This document shows positions 56,301 through 62,300 of a stretch of DNA of 64,000 nt, in pieces. Below the pieces are notes generated by a model. That model searched no databases, was not told the origin of the DNA, and saw nothing but the letters and a program-made list of their open reading frames with translations. Numbering within the stretch: the first letter of the stretch is position 1; each line of letters begins with the position of its first letter. Origin of the DNA: a virus. The DNA lies in IMG/VR virus record IMGVR_UViG_3300027906_000002, positions 32,001 to 96,000 of that record; one strand, 5' to 3'. A program made the translations under genes and the position numbers.

Positions 56301-59300
56301 GTATGGTAATAATACTGGAGAATTTACTGCTGGTGAAGATGGTAGAGTTAGAAAGATATCAATGTATGATAAAGAGGGTGAAGGATTCTTCAATGCAGGT
56401 CAAATAATTAGAACTCGTGATACTAAAGCTGAAGTTATTGGATATAACCAAGCACGTGGAATTGTATACTTAGGTAAGATTGGTAGAAGTCTACCTGATG
56501 GTCAAGATTATTTTGAGTTTGATTTTGCTAATGATGCTGCAATTTCTAATACACAGAAGAAATTTGGAAGTACTTCATTACAATTAGATGGTACTGGAGA
56601 TTATATTGGTGTTGCATCAACAAGTGAAATTGCTTTTGGTACAGGTGAGTATACTATTGAGTTCTGGTGCAGACCAGATACTGCTGCACTAGCAGGTTTA
56701 GCTGAAATTTATGATACTAGAACAGCTGATCCTGAAATTTCTGGAAGGATCTACTTAAATGGTGCTCAGATTCGTTATAATGTTAATGGTTCTGATATTG
56801 TAACTTCTGGTGCTACTGTTATTCCAACCAACAATACTTGGTATCATATCGCTGTAAGTAGATCTGGATCAACGGTTAAGTTATTCCTTGATGGAGTTGA
56901 AGTAGGATCTGCTACAGATAATAGTACATATGTTGCTAGACCAATTAGAATCGGAGCTACTTATTCAGCAACTAATGCATTTGCTGGATATATTGATGAG
57001 TTTAGAATTTCTAGTGTAGCAAGATATACTGGAGCATTTAATCCTCCTGCAGGTATCCATCAAGGTGATGTTGATACTAAGGTATTATTACATTTTGATA
57101 GTACTAATGGAGATAAATTTGTTGATGATTGGTCTGGTGGAGAATCATTTAGTAATGCAGAATACTTTAATAATGATCCTATTGTGGCTTCTAGACGTTA
57201 TATTGGGGATCATAATTATGTTGGTGGTACTGTATCTGGTGCTGTTATTATCCAGCAAGGTATAATATCAAAGGATGTAACTGATGCTACCTATAATGGT
57301 TCGACTGGAGACTTGGTATTAACCATAGGATCTCATAGTTATACAACATCAAATACAATTAAGATTGCTCATAATTCATTAACATTCACTTGTGATATGG
57401 ATAACAATGCTACTCAGCATACTTATCCACGTATAACTGACCCTGTATATGATACTGCAATTGCAATTACTGCAGTAACTGCTACTACAATTACAGTTAA
57501 TGTTGGTGTAGCAATTCAACAAGGATTTGCTAAGAATAGCCACAGATACAATAATGCTGGTCAATTAATTCTTAAGAACTTAGAATTTATTGCGAAAGAA
57601 GTTGTATACATGATTAATCATAGATTCCCTAACTTTACTGTTATTGGAGGAGATGCTAATTGTGAAGATGATGTTAAAGATATCTGTAGATCAATTGTAG
57701 CAGATATGCGTAATGGTGGTAATGATAAGACTTGGCTTGCTACTTCATACTATATCGATAGAGCTGACACAGCAAATGTAAAACTACTTAATATTGAGAC
57801 AGAGGTTAGAGAAACTATCTGGGCTTATAATAAACTTGATCAAATGTTAGAGTTTATTGTTACTAACAGTGAGTGGAAACCAGTTGGTGATCATGGATTA
57901 AAACAATACACTGACACATCTATTACTGATTCTTCCACAACTTCATTCACTTATAAGACACCTACTGGTGCAACTTATGATGCAGACACTGGAGATCTAA
58001 CACTTACTGACGTTGGTCATGGATTAGTTGGTAGAAGAGCAGTAACAGTAGAGGCTGGTACATCATATAATGCTGAAACTGGAATTCTTTCAGTAACATC
58101 TGCAAGTCATCTATTCCAAAATGGTGACAAGGTAATGCTTGAGAAAGAGTCATTGACCTTTACTTGTGATATGGATGGTCATAAGACTGAGCATAAGTAT
58201 CCAAGAGCATCAGATCCAGCACTTGCTGGTTGGTTAACTGTTAGCAATTCACAAACAAATACTTTTGATCTTGATGTTGGTAAGTCACCTCTATTAGTCT
58301 TCAATCCTACTGGTGGATCTTATGATGCATCGACTGGTCATATGAAGTTGCAAATAGGTGATAATATATTAACTCCAGGAACTAATATTAAGGTTGCACC
58401 CAATTCAATTTACTTTAAATGTACAAGTGATGGATTGCAGGCTGTTAAGAAATATCCTAGAACTACAGACCCAATTGCAGGTAAGCCAACCCCAATTGCA
58501 TATGATGGTGAGCAATTAAGTGCATCATTTGCTAACTATACACCTACAACAGGTGTAATGAGGATTACTGCTGGTAAGACATTCACTCCTCTTGATGCAA
58601 CATATAATGCTGTTAATGGAATGATGAATTTAACCATCCCTGATCATGGAATGGTTGCTGGTGATACTGTGAGATTGGAAGATGGTGCTATAACATTCAC
58701 ATGTGGTATGGATGATCATTATAGTACTCATGCATATCCTAGAACTACTGATCCTAAGAGAGGACTTCAGTTATCTATTACTAATGTTCAGACTCATTCA
58801 TTCTCAGTTAATGTTGGTATCTCACCTAAAGTTCAGTTAACACCTAATAATGGTTCTTATGATCCATCTACAGGTTTAATGACTTTAGAATTTAATACTG
58901 CTCATGGATTAACTGCTGGTACAAGTATTAAGATTGCAAAAGAATCATTAACATTTAGTTGTGGATTTGGTGGTGCTTCTGGCGATGCTGCTAAGAAGTC
59001 TTATCCAAGATCTACTGACCCATTCTATGATACTGCAGTCAAGATTGAATCAGCAACTACTAATGCTATTACTGTTAAAATTCTAGAGAACGTTCCTTCA
59101 ACTAACACTGATACTCATACTTGGGTTGGTGCTACAACTGGATGTATACACACTGGTGGTGATTATGAGCATATCTTCCATAGTGCTCTTACTAATGGTG
59201 TTGTTTGGAATAAGCATGGTCTTGTTAATGGAGATAGAATTAAGATTGCTACCAATTCATTAACATTTACATGTCAGTTAGATAATCAAATAACTGAACA

Positions 59301-62300
59301 TTCATATCCTAGAGCAACTGATCCTTATAATGGAAGATGGTTGGCAGTATCTAATGTAGGTGCTAATACATTTGATGTTAATGTTGGAATTTCTCCTGAT
59401 ACTTCATCACATATATTCAAATCAGCTTATTTAAATGGAATTACTAAGAGAGATGGAAGTATAACTCTTGATGTTGGTAAGTCACCTAGAGTTGGATATG
59501 ATGTTGCTGGTGCGACATATGATCCTCTTACTGGTGATATGGTTCTTAATGTTGGAATTCATAATCTTCTAGAGAATCAAACGATACAAATTGCTGATAA
59601 TGGATTATCATTTACATGTGCTATGGATGGTAATGCAACCACACATAGTTATCCTAGATTAACTGATCCATCTCGTAAGCATGCACTTAATATTACTGAT
59701 GTTGGTGAGACAAGTAAGACTGTAAGTGGAGCAAGTTATACACCAGCTTCAGGACAAATGAGTCTTACTGTTACTGGACATAATCTTACTCCTGCTACAA
59801 CACATACACCAACTAATGCAGTTTATAACCCTGCTACTGGTGAATTAGAGTTAACGATTGTTGGTCATAGTTTTGATAATGGTGATAGGATTCTACTTGA
59901 TGATGACTGCTTAACATTTACATGTGCTAAGGATAATCATCAATCACAACACACATATCCTAGAGCGAGTGATCCATCTAGTATGAAGTGGTTGTCTGTA
60001 CAGAATGTACATGTAGATAGATTCACAGTTAATATTAGTAAGTCAACGGATATATCTGAGCATAGATTTATTTCTGCTACTTCAACTTGTTTGAAGAGAG
60101 CAAAAGATTCAGTTAAGTTTGATGATGATTCAATTACATTTAGATGTGATTTGGACTCTCAAGCAACTGATCACACATACCCAAGAGTAAGTGACCCTGT
60201 TCATCAACAATGGATTCCTATTACATCTTCACCAGATGCTAATACTATTGTTCTTAATGTTGGTAAGTCTTCTGATACATCAACACATGTATATCAAACT
60301 GCAACTTCTGGCGGTCTAAAAGCACAAACTGGATATATTACAGTTAATGTTGGTAAGTCACCTACTGTTTCACATAACCCATCATCAGTAACATATACAC
60401 CTGGTAATGGTTCTATGGCAATGAGTATTGGAAATCATTACCTTCGTGGTGGATCTCAGCATACAGCAACTACTGCATCCTATGAGGCATCAACAGGTAT
60501 TATGACCCTTAGTGTTGCTAATCATGGATTCTCTGTTGGTGATTATATTAAGATTGCAGAGAACAGCATTACATTTACATGTACTATGAATGGTAATGCA
60601 ACTAATAAGCAATATCCAAGATCTACAGACCCATCATTCAATAAGTGGTTGGCAATTGTAGGAATAACAACAGATACATTCCAAGTTAATGTTGGTGCTT
60701 CACCTCTTGTAAAACATAATGTAACTACTGCAACATATGATCCTGCTACTGGTCTTATTGAAGCAACTATTGGATCTCACACTCTCGAAGTTGGTGAGCC
60801 AGTAATGCTTAAGGATTATGGATTCTCATTTACTTGTGGTCTTGATGGAGATACAATTTCTAAGTTATATCCTAGAGAAACAGGATTTATACAGAATGCT
60901 GGTGTTGCTGACCCTGCATGGAGAACTCCTGTAGTAATTACTGCTAAGAGTGCTACAACAATTACATTTAATGTTGGTACTTCATCTGATGTAACTGCTC
61001 ATAACTGGACTGGTGGTACATCTTCAGAAGCAATAGTTTCTGGTGGTGATTATGACCATACATTCGTAACTGCTTCTACTAATGGAGTATACAGAACTAA
61101 TGAAACCGTGATGATTGGTGAAGAGTCTATGACCTTCACATGCGACTTTAATGGTGATGGTAATACTACTGAGAAGAAATACCCTAGAGCATCAGGTTCT
61201 AACGCTCCTGGTGGTGCTGATTATGCATATAACAAACCTGTTCCTATTACATCTGTAGGAACTAATACACATACACCAACTTTAGCAACTTATGTTCCTG
61301 CTACTGGTGTTATGAACATCCAGTTGGTAAATCATGGATTCGCATTATCAACTAATCATACAGTAACTGATGCAACATTTACAGCAACAACTGGTGTAAT
61401 GAAACTCACTGTTGCTGGTCATGGATTCCAAGAGGGAGATAGAATTAAACTTGGTGATGGATCTTTAAGATTTACATGTGCTAAGGATGGTAATGCAAGC
61501 AATCATGACTATCCTAGAGCATCTGATTTTGCAAGTAATAGATGGTTACCAATATTCAATGTAAGTACTAATTTCTTTGAAGTTAATATTGGTAATATGT
61601 TTGGACCAGCAGCGATTTCACATACGACTGCACATGCATTTGTATCTGCTGTTGCTAATGGATTAACCAAGGCAAATTCTTGCATCAAACTTGCAGAAAA
61701 TGCATTAACATTCACATGCGGTAAGGATAGTGGTGCTAGTGAGCATTCATATCCAAGAAGAACTGACCCATCATTCGATGAGTGGTTACCACTAAGTAAT
61801 GTTCTAGTAGATTCATTTGATGTTTATATTGGTAAAGCTAGTGATACATCAACTCATACATTTGTATCTGCTGTTGCTGGTAGTCTTCATAGTCAAACTG
61901 GTGTTATTAATTTGAATGTTGGTATATCAACTGACACAACTACTCATAATTATGTTGCTGCAACTAAGTTAACACCCACTAATGCTGCTTACAACCCAAC
62001 TACAGGTGTCATGACTATCACTGTCAATGATCACAATATGGCAAATGGTGAGCAAGTTATGATTGATGATGGTGCTATTAAGTTAAGTTGTGCATTTGGT
62101 GGTGCATCTGGTGGTGCTGCAGAGAAGGATTATCCTAGAGCATCTGACCCTGCTAGTGGTAGATGGTTAACTGTTTCTAATGTTTCTACCAATTCATTTG
62201 ATGTACAAGTATTAGATGTAGTACCTTCTACAAACACTGATGCACATTCATTCGTATCTGCTGTTTCTAATAGTATTACTAGAGGTATCTTAAGAACTGG

